This document shows positions 27,870-41,438 of a stretch of DNA of 64,000 nt, piece by piece. Source of the DNA: Nymphaea colorata (lineage: Eukaryota). Within the stretch, counting starts at the first letter, position 1. Every line of letters begins with the position of its first letter. Location of the stretch: contig NC_045138.2 of NCBI RefSeq assembly GCF_008831285.2, positions 27,652,001 to 27,716,000 on the forward strand, read 5' to 3'. The notes beneath the pieces are model-generated. The model did not search any database. It saw only the letters and a program-made list of their open reading frames with translations, and was not told where the DNA came from. A program made the position numbers and the translations under genes.

Positions 27870-29468
27870 TTCATTCAATGTATATATGTACATGAGCTGA
27901 AATACTCGGGCCATCAAGAAGTTCCAGCAGCGAGGCAGAAGCATCCAGATGGCTGGAGAAACTGTATAATGCAGCCCGATGCAATTGCTTGTGTGGGCCG
28001 GTGCATGCTGGAGAAGGGGAAAGGGAAGAGAGAATGCCCAAGCGGATAATCTAAAATATCCAATTCCAAAGAGATTTGAAGGTTTCATTCCCTAACAAAT
28101 CATGTCATGAAAGCAGAAGGGCATATCCAAACTGTGTGCTCAGCCACCTCCATGGCAATCCATGACTCTAAAGTTCGAGTGAATCAGGAGAATTCGCATA
28201 GAACCCTGCAACATTACCAACTCGAGAATGTGCTATCAGCCCATTCCTTATAGCCAAAATCTGCCGCAAGCCCACAGGAAGAATCACTGTCAAACTTTCG
28301 AACAGGTAGTCCTACATCATATGACAAAACTTTTATCAGGTTCCTTTTCCCCTCAGAATAAATAAGCTTGGGGTTGAAGATATGCCGGGACCGAACGTGA
28401 ATTCCTCAGCCACAACACAACCCTCCTAGGGCAGTGAATTGAACAAGTAGTTTGTAACTTGAATCAGTTCAGCTCGTACCGTGCTTACTTTGACTCGGTC
28501 CAACAAGTAATGAGTTCAGCTCTCATGCAAAAGTTGGGCTTTCACATGGCTTCTAGATGTCACCTTTGCAAGGCTAATGTGGAAGAGGAGCATCACTTGT
28601 TTTTTCAGGAAAAGTATCTAGAGCTACATGGCGTAAAGTCATCTGGCAGTTTGGTGTCAATGTAATGCCGCCGGCTGGACCGGTACGTGGTTTAAAATGG
28701 TGGAACCAGAAAAGTTTCAAGAGTAAAGAGATTACCAAATGCTGGAAGGATTTCTATCATATGGTTGTATGGTTTATATGGAGGTTACGCAACAACATCA
28801 AATATGATAAGGTCAGGCTTAGCAACCAGATTGCTGAAACTGCTTGGAAACAATGCAAGGAGCATATACTGGCATGGAAGTCTTGATATGGACTGAAATA
28901 GGTACACCATGGGGTAAATGGAATTGGACAGACAGCGATCAGGTTGGTCTGCATATTGTCATGGACAAGAAGAAAAAAAAGCTAGGAGCGGCAGGACTGA
29001 TTAGAGTCTTCTCAGGAGAGGCTTTGTATGGAGTAGGCCGATGGGAAGGGTAGTCACAACTTCCAAGTGCATATGTGGATACTTTTGAAAAATGTATGAG
29101 GCATCTACATGCCATCATGCCAGACCAGTATAAGAGCGTTGTTTTTCAATGTAACAACCAGAAATGGAGGAGGCATTTGGAACAGCGAACTCAATGTAGT
29201 TCTAACTCCCATGTTGATCATCTTCCAGATTGGCTTCAGTCCAAACAGATGTTTTTTAACAGATATTTTCTGGCTTCAGAGGTATCAACACTCCAGAATC
29301 TGTACTATACCATGAACAGCAATTGTAAAGGGAGTTGTGATCCCCTTTCTTTTTTGCTCTCATTGTGTGGATTAGAGCCTTGACCAGCGCCATTTTTGTT
29401 TCTGTAAACACTATTTTTTGCCAATAAAGGTAGGGACCAACCCCCAGCAGCTGTTTGCCGGAAAAAAC
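27870..29468 (+). mobile_element. Decayed 3' fragment of an L1-like non-LTR retrotransposon (zf-RVT region plus downstream remnant)
   Basis: Broken frames encode LMQKLGFHMASRCHLCKANVEEEHHLFF (RT-associated zinc-finger signature) and WFIWRLRNNIKYD (the W..W..RN motif of plant LINE ORF2). Ends with AATAAA near 29423 and an A-run near 29462. 5' end approximate. Confidence 0.75.
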
Positions 29469-30335
29469 AACTTCAAATTTCAATACTAAATCATGCTTAT
29501 GCAGGATCAAGTAATTGTTAAATTGCAGCTGGTATTAGGCACTGGCAGAGCCGGAAATGTTGGCTGGAGGGGCACTAATTCAACAACTTTAATGCTTTTA
29601 AGGGCACCTATATCTATGGACAATGGGCAACTGAACTGATATCAGGCCAATTACTAGTTTCATTCCCGTTGGTGCTAACCCCTGCATATGTCACGTAACC
29701 AACCAAACCTCTCAGCTTCGGTGCAATTTCCTTGGGACTCAAAAAATTGTCAACTTATGCTAACCTCAAGTACAAACTTCGGTCAAGTTTATCCTTGGCT
29801 TGCTATATAGGCTTGAACACTTTCTGAAACAAGCTTGAACAAGCCATGTTCGTGATCAGATGGGAGCCCTCGTGACGAACATAACCCAAGTTTGAGAATG
29901 CTTAAACAAAACTAATGATCTGCGTTTGAAGAAACTCCGGGTTCGAGTCTTTGGGCTCATTTTCGAGCCCAGCCCAACCATTCGCCCTCTCATGTTCAAC
30001 TCATTAACTTGCTGGACCCAAGCACTCGCCCTCTCAATAAGAACAAAGGGTAAAGGGGAAAAAAAATTTAAGACTAACAAGTCCAGTTATCTCGTTCAAT
30101 ACCTATCATCACAGTCAATATAAATGAAGGATTCATTATATGAACAGCACTAATAGTGCTAGTACAGCCAATGTAATGTAACAGATTTTAAATGTAAAAA
30201 ACACGTTACAACAATAATCGCTACACACCTCTCATGATAAATATTCCCTATAAGCAGAAAATTTTGAAATATGGTTTATTCATTTATGTACTGTGACCTA
30301 CTTCCATGATTTAGAATACTGAGCATTTGAAGGGT

Positions 30336-33300
30336 TTATGCACCAACCCTTCTACCTTTGTGTTTTTCACATCTCTTCCTTCCAGGAACTGGCTTTTGCT
30401 TGCAGAAAGATCCATCTTCTAGGATCACGCCACACACACAAGGATTCCCTTTTGGTGGTCCATGATGATCTGTATTCAACCCTTCGTGCAGTCCATTAAT
30501 CCTCCTCCCTTTATGCTCACTGCATCTCTTTCTTCCGGGAACAGGAGGCTCTTTGCAGATAGACCCATTGCCAAAGGCTACACCACAGACGTTTTGTGGA
30601 TCAAGACCACCAGTTGTTGCTTCGTGATCATCTGTATTTGACCCTTTGTGCAATCCATTAATCCTCTTCCCCTTATGCTCACTGCATCTCTTCCTTCCAG
30701 GAACAGGAGGCTCTTTGCAGATAGACCCGTTGCCCAAGGTTACACCACAGACATTTAGTGCATCAAGACCACCAGTTCTTTCTGCCACCAATCTAGGCCG
30801 TGAATGGCTGAATTTGAGAACACGAGCATGTAAATCAGGATTCCTTTCAGGATTAGAATCAGTATCTACAATTGGCTTGCCTGACTTGATCTCAATTCCC
30901 ATCTTTTTTGATCCAAGTGCCTTCCACTTCAACTGTTTGAATGACAGAGGGATAAGTGTGAAAGCACGGATGCCTAACCCAGCTTTATCCAACTTTTGGA
31001 GGACGTAATCAGCACGGCGAGAACCATTGCTTCCCTTGTTCCAAGCATAATCAAAAAATGCAAGAAGCTGAGACTCTTTTAGCTCGGCTTCTTTCTTGTT
31101 TTTCATCTGTGATAATAGACTGTTGCATTAATCAAAGAGTACTGAGTACATGCATGATCCAAAGCAGTGGTCAGCCAGAAGTTTCAATAACATGCTCCAG
31201 AACACTCTGATTTTCTGTTCTTTACGACAAGTTATCCCAGCCTAAGAGTTTGTCAGTTGAACTACATGAAAGAGATTATGATGTCTTAATCAAGCAGCAA
31301 GAAATAGTGCACTTTAACTAGGATTACTAGCTTTCCACAATAGAATTGAAATTAGGCTATTATATTACATAGATTTTGGCTACAAACCAGCCTAAAGCCC
31401 TAAACAGTTATTCTGTAAGACAGGAGGGATGTGAAATGTCCAGCAAAAACTTACTTTTCTTTGGGAACATAATTGTTATATTATGCAAGTCAGGTCATGA
31501 CTAAAGTTGATGATCAAACCTAGCAGTCTTCGTAGTGCAGTAGATAATCACAGCTCAACACAATCGCAATTTAAACTGAGTCGAGATTGAACAAGCAATA
31601 TCCTGATTTGATCAATAAATAATCGATGAAGACATCATCAAAATTCACAAGAATGGTCACATGCAACATTTAAGAGATGAAACAGGAAAAAAAATCATCC
31701 CAAGCTAAACCCAGGAGAAATGACGAATACCTCCTATATTACTGTAAAATGGTCGAACTGAAACCTATGACTGAACCAAAAAAGCTCTCAGAGATCCAGT
31801 TTGTCCAGAAACAGGAGCGGAGAACAAAAGCTTCAAAGAGAATAGTGATTGTTACTCTTCACATCGAATAGCTATCAACTTGATGGAAGTGCATTTTGAA
31901 AATTTAGAAAGAGAAGGAAAGGCATCAACACATAATTGGAAGAAGAAATAACTCATCGCTTCCTGTATGGATACAAATTCAACCCATAAAACAGGAGATG
32001 AAAACAAAAGCTTCAAAGTGAATAGTCATTGTTTCTCCTGGCATCAAATAGCTATCAACTTGATGGCAGTGTATTTTCAAAATTCAAAAAGAGAAGGAAG
32101 GGAATTAAAACATAATTGGAAGAAGAAATGACTCGTTTCTTCCTACATGAATACAAATTTAACCCATAAACGTGTTTCAATGAAGTTTCTGTGCCATCAA
32201 AGACAGGCAAAACAAAGCTCATGCACTAGTAAAGGAACATAAGAAACTCTTTTATAGGAACATCTGTAGAAATTTACCGGTGCCCATCTAAACACGATTG
32301 GGAAGCCTCTGGAAAATACATCAATGAATAATCCAGGTCCTTGCTGTATATAAGGAATTGCAGGTATATCAGTTGGTTCTCCTTTATTTGAAGAAGGAAA
32401 AGAAACTCCATGGTCCAAATGAGAGCCTGCCCGGCCATACTGCTGCAACCTTGCGCGGACATTGTCAGCTTGCCCAAGATACACAACAATTACATGGTCA
32501 GAATTTATTTTACGGATCATTCGACCTGTTTCTGTGTGATATTTAGCTATCCCAAGTTCATAGAGACCAGGGCAAGAAGAAATCGGGAGGTTATGGATTC
32601 TATATCTTTCTGCTCCATCCTTACCCAAGGAGTAGTCTTCCCAATCAGAAGGCCCAATAAGAATCTGAAATGAAGCCAAACAGCTTAAAACAGAGAGTAG
32701 TGGAAAAAACTGAACTACATTAACTAAATATGAGTGAACAACTCTGAGGCAGTAAACTTCCACACATCGTGTCTTGATCTACCTATAGATGAAAAAAGAT
32801 GATAGATTGACAAATAAATAAGGACCCACCAAAATCTTCACTCGGTGTGAAATGCTCAAACCAATGTTTTAAAAAGCGTATCGTAAGCCGTATCGGTCTG
32901 GCTTTAAGATGCGTTGTATCGTAAAATATCGTAACATATCATAATCGTATCGTTGTTTTTAATAAATCAGAAAAAAAATCGAAAAAAAATCAAAAAATTA
33001 ATAAAAAATCAAGAATAATATGTTCTTCATAAAAAACACATAGATTCATAAGTCATAAGTCCATAAGTCTATGAGATACCACATCAAAAAACAAGTTTTA
33101 GATGTTATGTATTACATCACAAGATGATAATGAAATTGTGAAAATGTTCAATGTCAATACATATAAAATGAAAGCACTCTCGACTCTCATTCATAATCTT
33201 CATCATATTCATTCTCATCCCCATCTCCATCTCCTTCTTCATTTTCATCTTCACTATTTAAAAAAAACCTCTTTCCTTCCAACAGGAATCAGCCACCCAT

Positions 33301-34303
33301 GCACAAATCCATGGTTTAATCGATGATTTTATTTTGAAAATCGATGATTTAACAATGGAAATCGATGATTTCCCTCCACGGCAACACAATCTCTAGGTTA
33401 AAAATGAAGAAAGGTCGGGTTTTTATAAAAAAAATAAAAAAAAGAGGGTTCCAACCCTCTTTTTTTGAAATCAGCCCGTATCATACGACACGGGACGTAT
33501 CGCACCGTATAGTACGATACGGGGGCATGTATCTTACGATATGGGATGTATCGCACTGTATCATACGATATGGAGGCCTAATATCATACGTATGGTAAGA
33601 TACAAGCACGATACACCCTTATTTACAAGGGGTGTATCGTATCGTATTTTGTAAAAGAGACGATATTTATCGTACGATATGGCCCCTTATCATAAATATC
33701 CTACCACACTGGCTCAAACCCAATCTACTAAATAGAAACAAAATAGTATATATCAACAAGGAGACGATCCGACTTCTTATCTGATGCATTGACGTGCATA
33801 GCATCGTAGAAACTAGTCACTGTTTTAGTCTAACAAGAAGTTTTTCCTACTCGCAGAAAGGAAACTTGATCCAGACTGGAATTGTTAATGGCATCAATTG
33901 ATCTTACCAACAAGCCTGAAAAGAAAACAGTAACCCTTGAACGAACAGAAGATAATTTCTTTCCGTTCAATCTGAGATTGACAGCAACACCTCGCTCCAA
34001 AAAAGACACAAAAGAGACTTACCTTCTTATATCATCAGCGACAAGGGGAGGGAAGGAAACTTCCTCTTTTTTCACATATCATCTATTCCAAACGATGGTA
34101 TCGGAAAACAAGCATTTTCCAACTCGAAAAGAGAAAAAAAAATGGCAAGAGCTTTATTCTAAAGATAAAATGAGATACAGAAGAGATCCCACAAAAGAGA
34201 GGGGGTGAAGAGAAAGCCGAACCTCCCACTTGGAGAAGACACTGTCATGCTTGGTCTTGTAGCAATCTTCTCTTCTTACTCTCGAGATCTCAGCGGTACC
34301 CAT
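30336..34303 (-). CDS. EFFECTOR OF TRANSCRIPTION (ET/HRT) family protein: GIY-YIG-like domain plus three C-terminal Cys/His ET repeats, 3 exons
   Basis: Exons 34303-34223 (MGTAEISRVRREDCYKTKHDSVFSKWE), 32664-32278 (ILIGPSDWEDYSLGKDGAERYRIHNLP...PGLYELG...VYLGQADNVRARLQQYGR), 31106-30336 (FDYAWNKGSNG; three CGV...G..C...PVPGRKRC..HKG repeats). All GT-AG, phase 0. Confidence 0.92.
31808..32170. repeat. About 180-bp tandem duplication in ET intron 2
   Basis: aaacaggag...acaaaagcttcaaag...gctatcaacttgatgg...cataattggaagaagaaat...atacaaatt(c/t)aacccataaa occurs twice with period 180. Confidence 0.88.
32862..33711. mobile_element. 850-bp non-autonomous hAT-like element in ET intron 1
   Basis: Perfect 8-bp TSD GCTCAAAC at 32854-32861 and 33712-33719. 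Ends CAATGT.../...ACACTG. Many subterminal CGTATC/ACGATA motifs. No transposase ORF. Confidence 0.85.
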
Positions 34304-35049
34304 TACCCCAAATCTGAACGAAGGATGACACTTAGAATGATTTTGGATGCCATCGAGCCGGGGAAGAGACGAGGGCGGGCATGACGTCGGATTCCTTTGT
34401 CTGCTTCGGTCGACTTTAAAGTGGACCCACTCCCTTCAGGAATAGTGCTACCATTAAGTCCCTTCAAAAACGAGACTTTTCATGCAAACATCTCCTGTTT
34501 TAGCCCCAATTACAAAATGAACCTCACTCATTTATAAGAGTTAACTTTTGCAGACAATCGTCAAATAGAAAGTTGTTTCTAAATTCTAACATTGTATCTT
34601 GACTCTTTAGGTTAAGAAATGTTCTGCTTCTTTTTGCTTTAATTAAATATACAAATTTGATCTCCGAATCCCAGATATAAAGCTATGAATGGACACAGAA
34701 AGCATGCTTTTTAAATTCACTAACAAGATATTGTGATAGTGTAACTGTTCTTGAACCCCTTTTGCATATAATAAAGATGCTAAGTGCTAACCAAACATAG
34801 AAAAAAAAAAATTGGCTTTTCAAGTGAGTGAAAGGTCATCCTAACATTGTTCTTGAACCCTTTGTACCTATGAAGATGCTAAAAAAAAATGGCTTTGCTT
34901 TTCGAGTAGTGAAAGGGGTCATCCCACCATCACAGGAAGAGCTAAGGCCCTTCCTTGCCTTTACCTCTAGGTAGACTAGGTTGGTACCAGGTGTTGAGAC
35001 CTCCCTTAACTCTACGTCCAATTATGTCGGTACCAGGTGGCAAGATCTC

Positions 35050-35579
35050 TTTGGAGTGAACACAAGCTGAGTCAAGCCTGTGTTCAGTCAGCTCGAGCTT
35101 GGCTCAACTAATAAAACCTTGAGCTTGAGAATAGCTCGACGAAAGCAGCTCGAGCTAGACTCGATAGTTACATGTTGAGCTCAAGCTCAACTCGATTAGG
35201 AATCGACAAACTCGTTTGAATAGAATTGATGTTCATCGTTATGTGTTGAATTCGAGTTCGACTCGATTAAGGCTTGACAAACTCGTTTAAATAGAATTGA
35301 TATTCATTGTTACGTGTTATGCTCGATCTCGACTCGTTTAAAGCTCGGGAAACTGGTAAACTCGTTTGAATATATCTACTTGATTAAAGTTCGACAAACT
35401 CGATTAAGGCTCGAGCTCGACTCAGTAGTTATGTGTTGAGCTCGAACTCAACTTGATTATTTGAACGAGTTGACTCATGAACTAGAGTTCGACTCATTAA
35501 GCAAATGACTCGACTCGAGCTCGTTCACGAGCCGAGCTTTAATGAGTCTAGCTCGAACTGGACTCATCATTCACCCCTA
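35050..35579. mobile_element. MITE / non-autonomous element rich in CTCGAG-CTCGA motifs
   Basis: Ends ggagtgaac / ttcacccta are roughly inverted. Dense gagctcg/actcga motifs and an internal duplication of aaactcgtttRaatagaattgat. Confidence 0.7.
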
Positions 35580-38500
35580 TCAATGTGCTTCAAATATTTG
35601 AGAAAAAGTTGGTTTTCATTATTGACTTTTAATATTACAAGTGCATCTGCCAAAGCCGCTCAACATGGCCTCCTGTTCTACCACAATGAAATGTAGTTAT
35701 GTCATTTTTTAGAAAATGAACGTTTTCATTATTTTTCAAATAGGTAATCTTTCGGCATCATTGTTAACCTAAACGCATGGTCTCATGTATAGCTACACTT
35801 TTTTTTTTGTCATGGTAAGAGGATACAGGTAAGATTCCTTTCAGACGCCAGCGGAAAACCATATAAGCCTGGTAAACAAAAGATGATACTTTTTTTCCTT
35901 TCTTTCAAATATATTCATGTAAGTAGTACATCTTATTGCTCGCACCTACTCTTGATAGGCCTCTCTCTCGCTCCTGCTTTCTTGTTTATGTGGGTCCTCT
36001 GAGCTCGGGTACTAGCCTCACAAGTAGAAGATAAATGGTGCATTTCTTTAAGCATTTATTTGTTTCTTTCACAAGATTGTTAAAAACAAAGGCTCTAAAG
36101 CCGCTTTTTTGTTTTTCTTTTATGATCAACTTACCTAGTTGACAATTTTACTCCTTTTCATACCATATTCTGGTTCTTCACTTGTTCTTCATTATACATC
36201 TTTCAAATATCCATCATTTCCATAACGACCCCCTTCAACTTATAGATATATATTAGGCTGATCCACCTAGCCTGTCTGCTGACTCCGTTTCTTCGAATAC
36301 TTGGGGCCTGACAGATTTCATCGCTAGGAAAATCTTGAGGATGAGATTTTCGAGCAACGGATTTCATAGTTTAGAAAATCTTGAGAATGAAATTTGTGGG
36401 GAATGGTTCATCTTGATTGTGTAGCTACACTCCCACAAGAAGAAGATGTCTCCATTAGAGACAGCCAGCATCTGGCGTGCTGTTGGCAATTGAAATGGAG
36501 TACTGTTACAGAAAGAATGACATAAGATCACTAATCATGTGACACATATGGCGATCTCAGCCACATAAATGATCTTACCACCCCCGTCATTATACTCATA
36601 TTTATTTTAATACTGTCCGGAAAATGTACTGCAATTTATGTGGTTACAATATTTCGCTTTTGTAAGTGCAATTAAAGAGTGATCTGATCATCTGCTCTCC
36701 TGTAAAATATAAAATAACTTCAGACTGTAAGTGAGAAACCAGTCCCCCAAGATTCCAAGCAGTTAATAATAACTTAAAAACCATAGCCATCATGACCTCA
36801 TAATCTCTAATCCACAAAGTAGAATTCTTTAATGTTGGCGTCCTGTAATTAGAGATCATGAACTCCATTATTTTACTTATCATGATGCCGGTCATGCACA
36901 CCACACGTGATGCCTTTCATGCAAGAACTTGACAAGAAGAAGACAGGGTTTAGTTGGTATGGAAAACCAACGAAGGAAACAGCAATGGAAAAGGCTTTAC
37001 TGGAACAGAAGCATTTGGCTGTGAAAAAAACAGCATGATTTGACAATCCTGTTCTGTTAGATTTTTAGTTTTTCATGCAACAAAGGAATCAATCAACTAA
37101 GTTTACCTTCCAACATACGTCAGAATTAAATATGTCTAACCTGCTAGATCTTTTAATATTTTAAGATTGTAACCAGTCGTCAGCAAACTACTACTAGCTG
37201 TTATTGGCTGTTCGGCCTCCTTGATTTCCTTTATATTGGAGACCGTTCATATCCACGGCAATGTTGAACTGTTTGAGTACTTAGATGCCTAACGGATTAA
37301 AACAACGGTCAGGGTGGGGGTCGGTAAGCGACTGGTTTTTGTTTTGAATTCTCATAGCATAAACTCTCTATATTGTAAAAATGGGCCACTGACATGCACA
37401 GTGTGTTGTTGACAAATTAAGTAATTAGGAGTTTTTATCAACAAAAAAAAAAATCAAAACTGACGTGCCAGAAACATTGATATGTGATGAAAAATAAATA
37501 ACAACAAAGAAATTGTCCGTTCAGTTTTCAGGTCACCAACTTGCCATCAGATGGGTTTGAGCTTGGGGCCAAAGAAGATTCATGTACATTGAAGCAGATT
37601 CATAAATCACCATGGATTTATTACTGTTTCATAAATCTATCTCATTGAAGCAGATTCATGTACATTTGTTTTAGTGTCTCAGGGATTCATCTTATTTTTT
37701 TTAGCAAATTCGTGAGACAGTAACACAAGTGCCAAATGACTCCTCAAGGTTTCATAGACACCATGTGACTCCCTTAGTCATAGAATGAAGGTGATGGCGT
37801 AAGGCTTGACTAGTTATTTCAACAATAATTTAAGCTGTTCACTAAGAGTGGTAATATGTATACTTTGATCCAAAGATGTTAATTGATTGAATTGGAATAG
37901 GATGTATTTTTTATCATATTCAATTTATTAAATGTTCACATATTTTAATTTGAACTTGAATTTGATTTCTGAAGTCACAATAGGAGTCTAGTCCAAATCT
38001 GAACCACATTATGATAGGTTAAGAACCAACTTTCGAACTCTACACTTATTTAACTTTTACTTAACCTGATCGTGTGTTCATTAAAACTGAATCTAGGATA
38101 ATTAACCTGATCATGTGTTCATCAAATTCTTTTCCATATCCCAAATTTTTGAATCAGTTTTGTCAAATATCTTATCTAAATATGATCCATTAACAACCCT
38201 ATTGTCACTAGTGCATTAACACCCTCAGTAGAGTAGAGTACTTGTCGAAATTGTTGAACCACATAATTTAAGCGGCGATCTTATGTAACTGTTGTTATTA
38301 TAATAGTTATGTGCCTTCGTACATGACATTTTCTAACCAAGACACTCTTGTTTTTTTGCTCAATATTCATTCCTTAGTTTAAAGACTGTATTAATGAATA
38401 CATGCATGATTGGTGTTTGCAAAACGACGAGACTAAAATGTAGAACATAAAAGGACAAGCAGCCTTGGATTCTTTCCTATGAAATTTTAACAGTACTTAA

Positions 38501-39697
38501 ATAAAGTAGATGGTACGATTTCACAAGCAAGACAAGTTCAGGCACACTGTGTAGTTAATTTATTTCGAGCTGGAATTTGTACATGGGAAGTACTTCAGGT
38601 TAAGCAACTTCTTTATTGTTGTCAGTATCGATTTCGACGCATATTGGCTTGTTGATCGATACAAAAACGAACCAGCCGATACGGCCCAAATCAGCCCTTT
38701 TCTTTTCCTTTATTTAAAAATTACTTAATAATAATTAAAAAAAAAACAAGCACAATAAATTATTTCTTGGTCCCAACACGGGAAATAAGATGATTCCTCC
38801 GTTTGTTGTGCATAAGTGCATGAACTTAGTATGGTTTCAAGCACTTTGTCTTTTATGCAATTTTACTAAAACAAGCCTCACCGGTTCTCTACATTACAAA
38901 AAGGTTTACGCTCTTGAATCCAGGCATCCTTGAAGTCACATTTTTAATTTTTTATGGGTTGTTTGGTAATAGTAATTCATTGTTCTATGCATTTATCCAA
39001 AAAAAATAAAACATATTTATGAAAGATTGTGACAAGTGTTTCATGAATCTACCTCATTTTTTTTAGCAAATACATATACATCAGAAAGTAACAATACATT
39101 AATGCAATCAAACACATATAGTCCTCACCATCAAGTGATCTGCCTTGACCACGTTGATGGGCCAAACAATTGGATACATATACGCTCTTTGGCTTATGGT
39201 ATTAGAATTTGAATCCAGTTTCGAAACCTTTTTACATGTAAATGTAATTTAAGTAGCTAACTAAGCTACTAATATCTGGATCAAGTGATAATATTTTCTC
39301 CTCAAATCTGAACCATTTTCCGAATCCAATTTGTCCATTTCAATTAGCAATCTAATCTTGTCAAAGGTGTATCGTGTATGATCACCAAATTGTATCGGCG
39401 ACAAACTGGTGCTACCCAGAACACAGACCTAATGTGCATAGCAATCTATTGAGTCCGCTTCGGAGTGCAAAGATCCAATATTCACATGTATCCGGATTTG
39501 GTCTTATTCATGCTGAGGATTTAGTTGGGACTCAGATAAAAGACTGCATGTTAAATCTATATTTGACAGTTTTTTAATCAATTAGTCCTTTTGGTAGCCA
39601 AATGTATTGGAGTCTTAAGACTCTAAGGAGCCTTTCACGATTTTGAGCCTTTCACGTCCTCACCAGCCTCCTATAATCAACTCAGACCTACTAAGGA

Positions 39698-40168
39698 AGG
39701 GCTGCACAGTCTAGAGTGAGTTTGGCCAGCACGATCTTGACTCGGCTCAAAAAACTGGAGCTTGAGCTCGTTTTGAACTCTAGTCGAGCTTTTTATAGTA
39801 AGCTCGAGCTCGAACTTGACTCATTGAACTTATTTAACTAGTTTAAGCGCTAACTTGTTTAGTATTAACTCGTGTCACTTGTTTAAATCGTGTAACCGTT
39901 TAACTCGTGTAACTTGTGAAATTTGTTTTTATTCTCAAAGTTAAAAATGGTGAACCAGTTTTGACAATATTATATAAAATTTCGGATTGCGAGTTGAATC
40001 GAGTATAAAACGAATCAAGTTCTTAAAACTCGAACTCGGCTCGTTTATCGTTTCGAGCATCTTTGTAAGCTCAAATTCAGCTCGTTTATAAACGAGTCAA
40101 GCATGAGCCAAGTTTTTTTGAGCGAGTTCGAGTCAAGCACGAGCTTCAACCCGGACATCAATGCAGCC
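39698..40168. mobile_element. MITE of the same CTCGA-rich family
   Basis: Inverted ends gggctgca / tgcagcc. Subterminal gagctcg/actcg motifs similar to 4010-4375. Confidence 0.65.
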
Positions 40169-41328
40169 TATAACCTATATACCTGATAGTAGGATTTCCT
40201 GTTGCTCACTCGAAATAGTGAAAAAAAAATGCAAAATTGGTAACTCTGATAGTAAGATTTCCTTTTGCTCACACAAAATAGTGACAATGGTGCAAATTTG
40301 ATGTGTAATTCAAATATAATATATGAATGTAAGTCTAAAAATCTAAGAAAAATGTTCACTAGATTTTAACATAAAAAAAGTAAAATTTTCCTTTTTCCAG
40401 ATTAGATTTGGTTTCAATTTTTCGAATGAAGATTTGAATTGGACTCCGGATCCAATTAAAAGGATCCGATGAATGGAATATAATAAGCTAGGAGGAGGAG
40501 GAACAAGCGGGCGAGCAATTTCGAAATGAAAATTTACCACCAAAAGGTTCTGTGTCATCACAAAGCATTTAATGCCCGTGGAGATTCGAACACACGACCC
40601 ATCCGTGAACGCCGCAGGGTCGCCATCAAGACCCTGACCCGGCCCGCCGCTCCGCCGTCGGGTCGCCCTCTCGATGTGGACGGGCGCAATCAATGCCTTC
40701 CCCGACCCGGACCCGGACCCGGACCTCACCATTCATTTAAGTGATCGCACCGACCCTTTTAGGACGGATGGATCATGATCTGATCCAGGCATGCATTGCT
40801 TTACCGACGGATGAAACGGCGTCGCTTGCATGAATGCATCATAACGCTGTCACGTGATCTTTGAGACGTCCATGTGATGACCCATTAGGAACACCGAGCA
40901 CTGTTCGTAGGGATGGGTTTCAAAACTATCACAGTTTTTCCGTCCTGATATTTATTCGATAACAACTATTCTTTTGTCGTTTGCATTAATTTTATATATT
41001 TACGTGCAATTGTTTTATATTTAAATACATTTTAAGATATTATACCATTTTTTAAAGTTAATTTATGCGTCTAGGTTTTGGTAATTACTTTGAAGGGAAG
41101 CTCGATTGCCTCTTATCTGAAATCCTTGGATTTGAGAGTTGTGTGAATTTAAGATTAAACCTTTCTCCTTTGATCTTAAATTCAGCGTTTTCTCTATACA
41201 AAAAGCAAAATAAGGATTTCAAATGAGGATTTTAAGTCTGACTTTAGATCATGAGTTTGATGAACCATGGATTCTATTGAGAATCTTTTGTTACATCGTC
41301 AATTCAAGGATTTCAAACATGAAATAAT

Positions 41329-41438
41329 CATTTGGCAACAACAACAGTTCATTACTATTTTATGAATCTACCCTCCAGATTTAATTTGTCTCAACTTTTA
41401 TTCGTGGAACAGTAGTAAGTCGTTCTCGTTGCCAAATG
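41329..41438. mobile_element. About 110-bp MITE-like element
   Basis: Perfect 11-bp inverted repeats CATTTGGCAAC / GTTGCCAAATG. The internal tgaatctacc motif is also seen near 39045. Confidence 0.6.

Noticed and set aside
36448..36500. Short hairpin as a possible miRNA precursor
   Set aside because: Stem is too short and interrupted, and no conserved plant miRNA sequence was recognised anywhere in the window.
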